Source: an uncultured Nitrospiraceae bacterium (GTDB taxonomy: Bacteria; Nitrospirota; Thermodesulfovibrionia; Thermodesulfovibrionales; Dissulfurispiraceae). From it: a stretch of DNA of 64,000 nucleotides. A program made the translations under genes and the position numbers. Position 1 is the first letter of the stretch, and the number at the start of each line of letters is the position of its first letter. Of this stretch, positions 49,383 to 58,558 are shown in pieces. The notes beneath the pieces were generated by a model. It had not been told where the DNA came from and did no database searches. It saw nothing but the letters and a program-made list of their open reading frames with translations. The DNA lies in NCBI GenBank assembly GCA_963727805.1, contig CAVSHF010000003.1:2272001-2336000 (forward strand), given 5' to 3'.

Positions 49383-49917
49383 TCAGAGCACCTCGACGGG
49401 ATGGACGGCGGTCTTGCCAATCCCATCTTTAATATGATGCCTGCAACTCGTTCCAGGAGCGGTAATGATGGTCGTATCATCGGCTTCGCGTACGGAAGGG
49501 AACAGGGCCAATTCTCCTATTTTCATGGAAATATCATAATGCTCTGCCTCATAACCGAAGGAACCCGCCATGCCGCAACACCCGGAGTTGATCTCTTCGA
49601 CTGTATATCGTTCAGGCAGGGTTTTTTGTCATATATTTCGACACATCAACAACAATTCCGCTCCCTACACATTGTCCAGCAAGCGACGTGCCCGCAGTGC
49701 GGGGAATTAGCGAAACCTTTTCAGCATGCGCAAAGCGGACAAGTTTTTTAAAGTCCTCGGTATTCTCCGGCCCTGCCACGGCCAATGGCATTTCGCGGTA
49801 GACGGAAGCATCCGTGGAATAGAGAATTCGAGTGGCCTTATCATAAAACAGATCACCTTCAAGAGATTTTTCTAAGTCAATAAGTTTGTTTTCCATGCCA
49901 ACATCGCGTTTAATCAT
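49383..49917 (-). pseudogene. FAD-linked / Fe-S oxidoreductase (GlcD/Dld-like) with large internal deletion
   Basis: N-terminus (YSTDASVY, PRTAGTSLAGQ) joined out of frame near 49620 to the extreme C-terminus (SGCCGMAGSFGYE..GTSCRHHI..HPVEVL). Confidence 0.88.
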
Positions 49918-51181
49918 TGATGAAAGGAACCGTCAGGCTACCCTGGGGCATAAGGATGATAGTCGGGGACGGTCCAACTATCTCGAATGCCAGCTTAAGG
50001 GCTTCATCCATATCTCTGGCTGGTGTGAATAACAGCATTCTCGCCAAATCCGGGTCCAGCATTGAGACCAGAATGAAGCGGGCCTTTTTCATCAAACGGG
50101 TTACCGCATAGGCTTTATGCGCTCCTATCTGGAAGCTATCCTGCAGCCTTCTGGCGACGCAATCCGCAGTCCTGCAATCTCGCATGGTTTGCTCATATAA
50201 GGCTGACCCAGAACCTTCACAACACTCACCCAGAATGATCACGATGCCACCTTCGCGCACTGCACACCAGGCATTGTCCATAGTCTTCTGGAGCTGATAG
50301 ATGTTGATGTCCTTCGGATATCCCCCGCAGCCAGCGATTACTATATCAGCTCTTTTATCAAGCGCGGTGCTGTAAACGCTTTCGACAAACTTACAAGCTT
50401 CGAGATGTGCGGTTATATAATCCCCTGCAAAAACCTGCAGGAGTTCATACTTTTCATTCAGCACTACATTCAGCAGGAATGAAGGCCGGCACATTTCTGC
50501 CCCTTCGATCTGGTCTTCATAAACCGGGTTACCCAGGAGCTTGCCGATTACGGCATTAGGATCCATCATGAAACTGTGGTTATGCCTTATTGTTTCATAG
50601 GAAGCCACACCGGGGAAGAGAGCCTTTCGACCACCGCCAAACCCGGCAAAAAAGTGATGAACAACACTGCCTGTGCAAATGACGTGATCGGTTTTGGCCA
50701 CCAGGTTATGGAAGGCAACCCTGGTCCCCCGTGAGGTCGTACCGAAATAAATAAACTGGCTGTCATCTTTGGAATCAATGTTATGCATCTGCAACCGCCG
50801 CGCAACATTTTCCCCTACTGCCTCGATCATTTCCTTCTCGGTCATGGCGCGATGTGTACCCAAGGCAAAGATAATCTGCATGTCATTGTCGCTCACACCT
50901 GCTTCATTCAGCTCTTCCATAAGGATCGGAATAAACAAATCGCTTTGGGCTACACGCGTCGGGTCATTAACGATGAAGGTAACAGTTTGGCCGGGCTTCA
51001 CTATCTCCCGAAGCGGACGGGAACCTATGGGATTCCGAATAGCCTCTCGGATGGTGGTAGTCGGGTCGGCAAGAGGAGGATACTCGTTAATTCTTAGTTC
51101 AGAGATAACCAGAGAGGGATCCAGACTAAAACGCATCTCGCCCTTTCCGTAGTGCATGGAATAGACATTCTTTGCAGTCAT
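49910..51181 (-). CDS. larA: Nickel-pincer-dependent lactate racemase family protein
   Basis: DPTR, GTHR, HHFFAGFGGGRK, NH, GGYPKD..YQ..K; substrate not determinable. Confidence 0.88.
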   Translation of the reverse strand: MTAKNVYSMHYGKGEMRFSLDPSLVISELRINEYPPLADPTTTIREAIRNPIGSRPLREIVKPGQTVTFIVNDPTRVAQSDLFIPILMEELNEAGVSDNDMQIIFALGTHRAMTEKEMIEAVGENVARRLQMHNIDSKDDSQFIYFGTTSRGTRVAFHNLVAKTDHVICTGSVVHHFFAGFGGGRKALFPGVASYETIRHNHSFMMDPNAVIGKLLGNPVYEDQIEGAEMCRPSFLLNVVLNEKYELLQVFAGDYITAHLEACKFVESVYSTALDKRADIVIAGCGGYPKDINIYQLQKTMDNAWCAVREGGIVIILGECCEGSGSALYEQTMRDCRTADCVARRLQDSFQIGAHKAYAVTRLMKKARFILVSMLDPDLARMLLFTPARDMDEALKLAFEIVGPSPTIILMPQGSLTVPFIND

Positions 51182-51354
51182 CTTGTCGTTCCCTTCCCCA
51201 CAATTAAAGTTGCGATTATCAATGGTCCCCTATTAGCAGTCAGATAATATGCCCCGTAAATACCCGGGATTGAAATATCACTTGAGCTCGAACTTGTCGC
51301 CCAGTCTAACGAAAAAACGAATTTTAAGTAAAGAGCCTCCACCAAAAGTAGAAC

Positions 51355-51378
51355 TACTTATACTTATACTTATACTTA
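51355..51378 (+). repeat. Hexamer microsatellite (TACTTA)x4
   Basis: Four perfect tandem copies. Confidence 0.9.
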
Positions 51379-51391
51379 TGCTTTTGTTTGC

Positions 51392-51638
51392 TCATGTTAC
51401 CTCAACATTCGTCGCTTTCATCGTGTGATAGATAGTCACCTTAGAACCTACCTTGAGATTGCCGTTTATCTTAGTATCCTTATCACGGACGATGCCCTAA
51501 TTCTCTATTCCTTATCTGAACAGGGATGATTTCATCCCTATCCTCAATAACAGTCCTTTGACTTGATCAGTTTTTGAACTTGCAAATGTAAACGAAACGA
51601 ATTAAAAAAATGAACCCCGAAAATACAAGGTGTCTCAT
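51392..51638 (-). pseudogene. Degraded small exported OB-fold-like protein
   Basis: C-terminal frame RDKDTKINGNLKVGSKVTIYHTMKATNVEVT*; signal-peptide-like start MRHLVFSGFIF in another frame; stops between. Confidence 0.55.
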
Positions 51639-51931
51639 TGTTACCCCATGTATCTCAATAGTAGTTCTCTCGGAGCACTCAAGGCAAACACCTAATTATT
51701 GCCATTTTTCATCATATGATTTGATTTTCTATACGTGACTCCTTCCACCTTCATTTTATCTTCAGGAGTACTACAGAGTGTCCCATTTATGTTCGTATGT
51801 CCGATTCGAAACTAAACCAGCAGGTTTTTTTTGAACATGTAAAACTATATCAACGTTGTGACCCCAGTCAACAAGAAGACAGAGTGCAGTTGGGAATTGT
51901 ATCTTGCCCCTGCATGCTTTCAGCCGCTCTT

Positions 51932-52876
51932 TCAGATCCTCAACTTCTTTTGCTTCTCCTGATATCTTATCCTTCTGTCGAGTCTGGCGATGCCTTCCTC
52001 CCGCGCTGCACTCACAGCCGCCTCATATTCGCCATGGGTGATTTTTCTGTCCAAAGAAGGGTATTTACTGGTGCTACCGCATGGGCTGTATTGATCCATG
52101 ATATTCACATAGGTTTTTGAGGAGATTTCTCTGGCAATGAAACGCATTATCTTCCTCGTATCCGCCACTCCTGACGGCATAACCAAATGCCGCAGCAAAA
52201 TCCCCCTTGAAGCGACACCATTTTCATCAATGGTGAGATCACCAACCTGCCGATGCATTTCCTTTATAGCTTCTTTTGCTCTTTCAGGATAATCCGGAGC
52301 CATTAAATACTCACTCGCCATTTCTGGGTCCAAGAATTTGAAATCAGGTAAATAAATATCGAAAATCCCATCTAGGAATTTAATGCTTTCTACCGCGTCG
52401 TAGCCGCTACTATTGTATACAAGGGGGACATTCAAGCCGCCCTTAATCGCGCAGGGCAATGCATTGAGGATTTGAGGGATTACATGGGTAGGTGTAACAA
52501 AATTTATGTTATGGCACCCCTGCCTCTGAAGGTGGAGCATCATGCCGGCAAGGTTTTGCGAGGTCACTCGGCTTCCTTTGCCCAAATGGCTGATTTCCCA
52601 ATTTTGACAGAATACACAGAGAAGATTACAGTTTGTGATAAAGATGGTCCCGGAACCATGCGTACCTGCCAGAGGATCCTCTTCTCCAAAATGAGGGCCG
52701 TAGCTTGAAACCATGGCAAATTGGCCGGTACGACAAGTCCCCTTTTCATCCTCGATCCTGTTAACTTCACATTCACGAGGACAGAGGCGGCAATTCTCTA
52801 GTAATCTGTTAGCTTTGTTTATGCTATTAGCCAGTTTCCCAGTGCGGTGTGCCTCTATGTAGGATGGTATAAACAA
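51932..52876 (-). CDS. Radical SAM protein (PflX-like)
   Basis: CxxCPRxC, HFGEE, CNLLCVFCQN, GCHNIN, RHLVMP. Confidence 0.9.
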   Translation of the reverse strand: MFIPSYIEAHRTGKLANSINKANRLLENCRLCPRECEVNRIEDEKGTCRTGQFAMVSSYGPHFGEEDPLAGTHGSGTIFITNCNLLCVFCQNWEISHLGKGSRVTSQNLAGMMLHLQRQGCHNINFVTPTHVIPQILNALPCAIKGGLNVPLVYNSSGYDAVESIKFLDGIFDIYLPDFKFLDPEMASEYLMAPDYPERAKEAIKEMHRQVGDLTIDENGVASRGILLRHLVMPSGVADTRKIMRFIAREISSKTYVNIMDQYSPCGSTSKYPSLDRKITHGEYEAAVSAAREEGIARLDRRIRYQEKQKKLRI

Positions 52877-53678
52877 ACTATGCCCCTTACCATTGGCAGA
52901 GGATCAACTGGATATCTCTATTATCCCTGAGCACTTCTGCCACGCAAACATGACGGGCGCCGGTGTGAGCAAGAGGCGAAAGATTTATTGTCAATGGACA
53001 AGGGCTGACCACTTTCGCTATCTTTCTTTAAAGTGTGCCGGGATGATTCGAAAATATGCAAGTCGTCTTAGGCCTTGAATGTAATAAAAACTCGTATATA
53101 CTGGTGAGCATCGGGAAGAGTATTACGAAAATCGAGCAGATGTCCATTAATTATAGTTCTCAAAATAAATTTCCCAGAGCGAGTTTTCTGGGCTATTTGT
53201 CCATTAATAAGAGCCATACAATATAACGCTGGGCAGATTCATCACTTCCGCCGGCAAATCTAAACGATATCCCGACTTAAATATACCCATATTTTTGTAT
53301 GGCTCTATTTTGTCTGCAATGAACTCTATGGTGACCATAGCTCTTTTCCGTTTTTGGGAGCTTCGCAGATGTTTCAGGCTTCCCTCTCGTTGCTGAGGGC
53401 TTGCTCACCACATCAGACACTTACTCCCTCACTCATCAGTGTTCCTATGGCTAGCCATAGAATAACATTGCAAGTTCGTCCTAATTAAATCATACTCCAT
53501 AAAAGACTGAAAATGAATCGGACTAAATCTAATTTTGTTGTCAGACTTGTCCTACAAGGCGTTGCATTGAGCAAAGACAAAATTAAATTCCCAGAGTGTA
53601 GTTGAAAACGCGTTCTTAAATCCTTAGTCTAAAATAGTGTCTGTAGTAACTGTTAAAGCAAATCCAATTTTATGCGAT

Positions 53679-54335
53679 TTACAGGATATCCGGTTTATCG
53701 CTCACGATCCCGTCTACACCTTTGGCTCTGTATGTTTCCACCTCGTCCTTTGAATTGATCGTCCATACTACTACCTTCAGATTATTCTTATGAGCTTCTC
53801 CTACATTTTTTGTATGAATGAATTTGTACAAGGGCAAGAGATATTGTGAGTGAAGCGCCATAGCCGAGGCAATAGGGTTCTTATGCCGGACATAAATCAA
53901 GCCGGTCTCGATGTCCTTGTCGAGTCTTCTAATTTCGGAAAGAGATGCTTCATGAAAAGAGACGATGATGATATAATCACGAAGCCTTGACTTTTTAATC
54001 TGCCTAAGGACTTCACTTTCATAGCCTTCCTTCTTCAATTCCACGAGGATCTTATCAACCTTTTTGTTGATGAATTCAAGGGTTTCCTGGAACGTAGGGA
54101 TTTTATCCCTTGTAAGTGCCTTCAAGTCCCTTAATAAAGAGCCCTCTGTAGGAATGTCCTGCCCGAAAACTCTCTTTAGATTGTCGTCATGACTTACGAC
54201 CAATCTATTGTCAGCTGTCTGTTGCAAATCTAATTCAATAGCATTCGCGCCAAGTTCGATCGCCTTTCTGAAACTTTCGATAGTATTCTCGGTTTCATAA
54301 GCCTTTGCCCCTCTATGTCCTACCTTCAAGAACAA
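53679..54335 (-). CDS. Glycerophosphodiester phosphodiesterase
   Basis: GHRG..ENT, ELD, HD, WTIN, GVDGIVSD. Confidence 0.92.
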   Translation of the reverse strand: MFLKVGHRGAKAYETENTIESFRKAIELGANAIELDLQQTADNRLVVSHDDNLKRVFGQDIPTEGSLLRDLKALTRDKIPTFQETLEFINKKVDKILVELKKEGYESEVLRQIKKSRLRDYIIIVSFHEASLSEIRRLDKDIETGLIYVRHKNPIASAMALHSQYLLPLYKFIHTKNVGEAHKNNLKVVVWTINSKDEVETYRAKGVDGIVSDKPDIL

Positions 54336-54785
54336 TATCCTTCACCTGCTGAAGTGCTTGAATTTATACTTTTACCATTCTTGCAAGCGATATATATCAG
54401 CATATCCAATGAACAGGGCATCGTTCATAGTGTATCAATATGTTCATCCCAATTTCCCAAGGGATTTTACTTTTGATTAATAAACATTGTGTGGGATATT
54501 AAAGGAAGTTGTAAATAAGGGGAAAGGGTTTATACCTCGAAGATAATAAAGGGAATATTCAAGCAAATAACGGCTTTATTATCTCTTGACAACCCAAAAA
54601 GTTCAGTGTGATTTAAAGACTTCCAGAATGCAGCTTTGACGTACATTTATCCGGAAAATTAAAGAATTCTGAACGCTACTGGTTGCCTTGTAGATCTAAA
54701 AAGTGACGGAATGACAATTGCTAAATTGTGCTAGTCAATACAAATATTTATAACCGAAGTACCGATTCTAGTTTATTTGTTCAAT

Positions 54786-54947
54786 AAAAAAGTGGTGCTT
54801 GCTTCCTTTCTCTACTCAGCGGTTTGCAACATCTTGAGACATTCGACATGAGACTCTTTGTGTCTGACATCTTACGTCCTGCGACTTTACAACCATTCGC
54901 TGAGCTCTGAAAGGAGCAAGACCACCACTTGGTGAGCGTGTCCTCTT
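54786..54947 (-). ncRNA. Candidate structured noncoding RNA (long rod)
   Basis: Nested pairings 54790-97/54923-30, 54798-803/54915-20, 54805-10/54909-14, 54815-21/54898-904; promoter upstream and U-tract downstream. Confidence 0.6.
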
Positions 54948-54953
54948 GATTCA

Positions 54954-54982
54954 TTTATACACCCATTTCCGGTCATTGTCAA
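54954..54982 (-). promoter_or_regulatory. Near-consensus sigma70 promoter
   Basis: TTGACA (54982-54977)-17 nt-TATAAA (54959-54954). Confidence 0.75.
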
Positions 54983-55034
54983 GTTAATTTTTATGCAACA
55001 GTTAATTTTTATGCAATGTTAATTTTTATGCAAC
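54983..55034. repeat. Three tandem 17-18 bp repeats
   Basis: GTTAATTTTTATGCAA at 54983, 55001 and 55018. Confidence 0.92.
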
Positions 55035-55183
55035 CTTTTTAAAGGGAAAAGAACTCAGATTTAATCGACAAAATACCACAATTTATCGCAAATACAACTG
55101 TAATTGCCAAAAATATAGCCCGATTCCCAATATATACCTTCTCAAATTGCATCTGTATACATTATGGAAATTCCGGGCAGGTT

Positions 55184-57312
55184 TCCGGGTAGGAGCAGCG
55201 ATTGCTCGCCACTCCCCCCACAGACCCGGACGAGCCCGATTAAGGCATCCGGTTCGTCAGTAACAAGAGGCATACAGCCTCTGGCTAACTAAACGGATTC
55301 GACCCGTTTAGCGCATAACTTTGCTGACCTGCATGGTTTAGATATCATGGACTATTCGGGGCGACGGCAGTGGGAACAGCCGCTCCAGCTTTGGGAATTC
55401 ATCCTCCCAATTCATCGATCCCTTATTGCTGCGACGACTCAACCAGTAGTGCCACGCCTTCCGTACATGCCTGTAGACAAGCAGCAACTTACGGTAATTG
55501 CCTCTGATGCCGTAATATTGGTAGTGACCTTTTAACTTAAGGGTTAGAACACGACATTGTTCCTTAAGCGGCTCATGTCGGTGTTCCCGACACCACTCCC
55601 AAGCGCGCTTCATGGCCCGGCGCAGCCTTTTCTTGGCTGTTTGCCGCTTTACTATCCAGTACCCCCGCCGCGTCTTCGCCCAGTAGTGCGTAAAACCCAA
55701 AAAGTCAATGCTCCCATTTTCCTCAGGGTCGCTCTTGCCTTTTGGCCTTCCGAACCTAACCAGCTTCGTCTTTGTCGGGTGTATCGTTAGCCCGTACTGT
55801 TGGAGTCTCTCAGTCAGAACGGGCAATATCCATTGTGCATCAGATTCGTGTTCGCATCCGATTAGAAAGTCATCGGCAAAACGAATCAGAAAGCTCTGTC
55901 CCTTAATGCTGGGCTTCACTTCCTTGACATACCACTCATCCAGCACATGGTGTAGGAATATATTGGCCAGAATCGGCGATATGACTCCGCCCTGCGGCGT
56001 GCCCTTCTCTGGGTATGTCAGAGTTTCCCCTTCTATTACCCCGGCATTCAGCCATTTGCCGATTAGCCGTATTATTCCTCCATCGTTGACCCTTTGCCTG
56101 ATTATTTCCAACAGCCTGCCGTGATCGATATTATCGAAATAGCCTTTGACATCCGCATCCACTATCCAGCCGATGTTCCCTTTCACGCATTTCTGTTGAA
56201 GCTCGCTTAACGCCTGATGCTGGCTATGGCCGCGTCTGAAGCCGTGAGAGAAGGCGAAAAAGTCGCTCTCATACACTGCCTCAAGGAGCATCGCTACCGC
56301 ACGTTGAACTACTTTGTCTTCAAACGTCGGAAGTCCTAACGGCCTTTCCCCTCCGTCATCCTTAGGTATCCACACCCGGTTTACAGGCGGAGCATGATAC
56401 CGTCCTCCCTTGAGTCGTGTGTGCAGCTCCCGTAGATTTTCTTCGAGGTTTGATGCGTATTCTTCTGCTGTGACCCGGTCTATACCGGGCGCAGCGTCTT
56501 TTCGGGTCAGCCTGTAGGCTTCCCGCAAGAATTCCACATCTACGTGGTGCGCCAGCGTAGTGAACACCATCTCCGGATACCGGATGGCCTGCGCTGCAAT
56601 CCACCGAAGTTTCGTTGATACGGTTTGTGAGTTCGAAGCCTCTCCCATATTTCCTCTCGGTGAAACGTTATACCCGGCCTCGCCTTCCCTTCAGTGGGTC
56701 CCTTGGTCCTCGGTTCCCCACCTTCCCGGCCCGCTGGGGCCTTCGGTACTATGCTCGGCTAAGACTGCCTCATGTCCATCCCTAGTCTCTTCGTTTGTCA
56801 CTCGATTCCCGGTACCACGTTTGCTCTCTGTCTTCGTTCGTCGATGTGCGAGAGCCCTCACCGACGCCTGGGGCTTTTGTTCTTCCGGTCGCCCTCTTCC
56901 CTTCCGGTTCTCAACGTGGAGACATGCGGCCCTCCCAAGTTCCCGATCTATCCCTTTGAATGTATGCCCTGCTCTCAGACCCCGGTGGTGTTCTGATGCT
57001 CGCCATTGCGCATTCAGAACTGCTGTCTTCCAGTTGTCCGAGACTGTCGACTTTCCCTCCAATGCCCTGAAGGTTATCTTACTGACCACAATGTCAACGA
57101 TTTCGGGGCTCACTAACACGGCCTACATTCTCGCTACACCCAGCTCCGCACCTCCCCTCGCGAGGACGCACGCGGGTTCGCTTCCGACCTGTTGGCTAAG
57201 CTTTGGCCGGATGGGACTTGAGGTTTTCCGCCTCTCACCCATTGGATAGCAACAGCAAATTTCATCTCCTTTTCGCGAGATTCCCGATGCCTCGGATTTA
57301 CCTTGGCGCGAC
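55184..57312 (-). mobile_element. Group II intron with RT/maturase ORF (class E-like; boundaries +/- 2 nt)
   Basis: Domain V GAACCGGATGCCTTAATCGGGCTCGTCCGGGTC (55255-55223), domain VI CTACCCGG; EBS1 GGACAAC (57039-57033) complementary to exon GTTGTCC (57319-57313). Confidence 0.88.
55338..56648 (-). CDS. ltrA: Group II intron reverse transcriptase/maturase without endonuclease domain
   Basis: APGID, IPK..G.RPLG.P, GFR, GTPQGG.ISP.LAN, RFADD, FLGF, X domain GHYQYY; 436 aa. Confidence 0.95.
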   Translation of the reverse strand: MGEASNSQTVSTKLRWIAAQAIRYPEMVFTTLAHHVDVEFLREAYRLTRKDAAPGIDRVTAEEYASNLEENLRELHTRLKGGRYHAPPVNRVWIPKDDGGERPLGLPTFEDKVVQRAVAMLLEAVYESDFFAFSHGFRRGHSQHQALSELQQKCVKGNIGWIVDADVKGYFDNIDHGRLLEIIRQRVNDGGIIRLIGKWLNAGVIEGETLTYPEKGTPQGGVISPILANIFLHHVLDEWYVKEVKPSIKGQSFLIRFADDFLIGCEHESDAQWILPVLTERLQQYGLTIHPTKTKLVRFGRPKGKSDPEENGSIDFLGFTHYWAKTRRGYWIVKRQTAKKRLRRAMKRAWEWCREHRHEPLKEQCRVLTLKLKGHYQYYGIRGNYRKLLLVYRHVRKAWHYWLSRRSNKGSMNWEDEFPKLERLFPLPSPRIVHDI

Positions 57313-57568
57313 GGACAACCGTTCCGATTTAGAAACGGGGCAAGGTACTTGGATTATCTGGCTACATCTTCGTGGCGCAGTTGCGGTTCGGACGGTTGCT
57401 ATAACTTTGGGATAGCCTGACCACTGCGAAACATGAAGTGCCCGTGCACAGGGCGAGATGATGCAACTCGGTGTACATAGAGCTTCTTACGCCATTTCAG
57501 TTAGACCATCATGTCGACAGCCTCTTGAATCATTTTACTAAGACGGCCATAAGTAAGAATACATGATC

Positions 57569-57639
57569 GACATTCTACGATTTGATCGGGGAATCCAGAC
57601 CCATTTGCTATGGATACGGCGGTCAAACCGGAGTATGAC
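57569..57639. repeat. Degenerate REP-like palindromic element
   Basis: GACATTCT..TTGATCGGGGAATCCAG ... TGGAT..CGGTCAAACCGGAGTATGAC arms. Confidence 0.6.
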
Positions 57640-57686
57640 AAACTAGCGAACTATGCCGCCATACTAATGACCGTCTTCGTAGGTCA

Positions 57687-57713
57687 CAGGAGCCACAATC
57701 TTCTCGGCTCCTG
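57687..57713. terminator. Hairpin downstream of the 57744-57989 ORF
   Basis: CAGGAGCC-11 nt-GGCTCCTG. Confidence 0.45.
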
Positions 57714-57743
57714 CAACGATGAAATGGGATTATTGGAGGGTCT

Positions 57744-57989
57744 TTATACGTATTTGTTGATTGACGGCTTAGCGGCCGTTGAGCCTTCCTGTTTTGTTGT
57801 TTCCGGCACTTTGCTGGTATCGATGTCTACCCCGACGGTGCCTTTTGTTTGTGGTGCAGTTGCCGTTTGTGATGATTGGCTGGCATGCTCATGCTTGTGT
57901 TTTTTGGCAGCCTTGTGTGTTGTTGTCGGGATGGTTGTTAGTGTTGTTCTTGGTTCTGTTGTAGAGTCTGTTACAGAATTAATAGCCAT
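57744..57989 (-). CDS. Small Thr/Lys-rich hypothetical protein
   Basis: AGGGGG RBS; MAINSV start and INKYV end. Confidence 0.6.
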   Translation of the reverse strand: MAINSVTDSTTEPRTTLTTIPTTTHKAAKKHKHEHASQSSQTATAPQTKGTVGVDIDTSKVPETTKQEGSTAAKPSINKYV

Positions 57990-58096
57990 AAATTCCCCCT
58001 TTTGCGATATTGTAAAGAGTTCTTACAAAAACTCGTAATGCTTATGCACAGAGTTTCAACTTACTGTGCCGATTTACACTTATGGTCACGACATCA

Positions 58097-58402
58097 CTAT
58101 ATTTTCAGATCAACCAAGCTCTTAATAACTTGATTGCCCGTCTGCATAGATTTGATATTTGCCTCAACCCCCATCTTCTCGATTATCATCTCAGTCATTT
58201 CCTGTGCAGGATCAACACCTGTATTCTGGCTTTGGCTCAAAGTCACCCTAACGCCACCGTTGGGATCCTCATTCATCACCGCAGTAGACGGCTTGAAATC
58301 ATTTGTTTGCATATTGGCAACATTGTTTGCCGTTACCGCCAACCCGACGCTGAAAGCGTTTATTCCACTACTTGCGCTGTTAGTGATGCTTCCGATAGGC
58401 AT
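58097..58402 (-). CDS. Small flagellar basal-body rod/hook-like protein (N- and C-terminal motifs only)
   Basis: SG..A....L.VTANNVANMQT..FK, VD...EM..M......AN, L.DLK; GGAGG RBS before ATG 58402. Confidence 0.82.
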   Translation of the reverse strand: MPIGSITNSASSGINAFSVGLAVTANNVANMQTNDFKPSTAVMNEDPNGGVRVTLSQSQNTGVDPAQEMTEMIIEKMGVEANIKSMQTGNQVIKSLVDLKI

Positions 58403-58558
58403 ATTTGACCCTCCATTCCCTATATCGACTAATAATTTCATTATCACAGAAATGCAATTATTTTCCAGTGCCATAGCACACAAAATGGGAACAATTTGCT
58501 TATTTAGTGACACACATCACCTGTATATTCGCGGAAAGCACAAAGCGCCACCAGCTAA

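Noticed and set aside
53250..53285. c-di-GMP-I riboswitch (GGCAAA motif)
   Set aside because: No GNRA-capped stem or GACGCAAAG segment follows
54983..55034. CRISPR array
   Set aside because: Repeats are contiguous with no spacers, and no cas genes are present
54786..56648. Retron (msr-msd plus RT) or DGR
   Set aside because: The RT has group II intron domain 0 and X features and is enclosed by intron domains; the hairpin RNA is outside the intron with its own promoter; no TR/VR pair seen
56560..57249. 229-aa and 142-aa ORFs upstream of the RT
   Set aside because: They overlie intron RNA domains I-III and have no protein motifs
58513..58523. CACATCACCTG identical to the IS110 left flank (also TTATCAGGTGA near 60790)
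   Set aside because: Only half-sites; the ACTACT right half is absent, so chance is plausible
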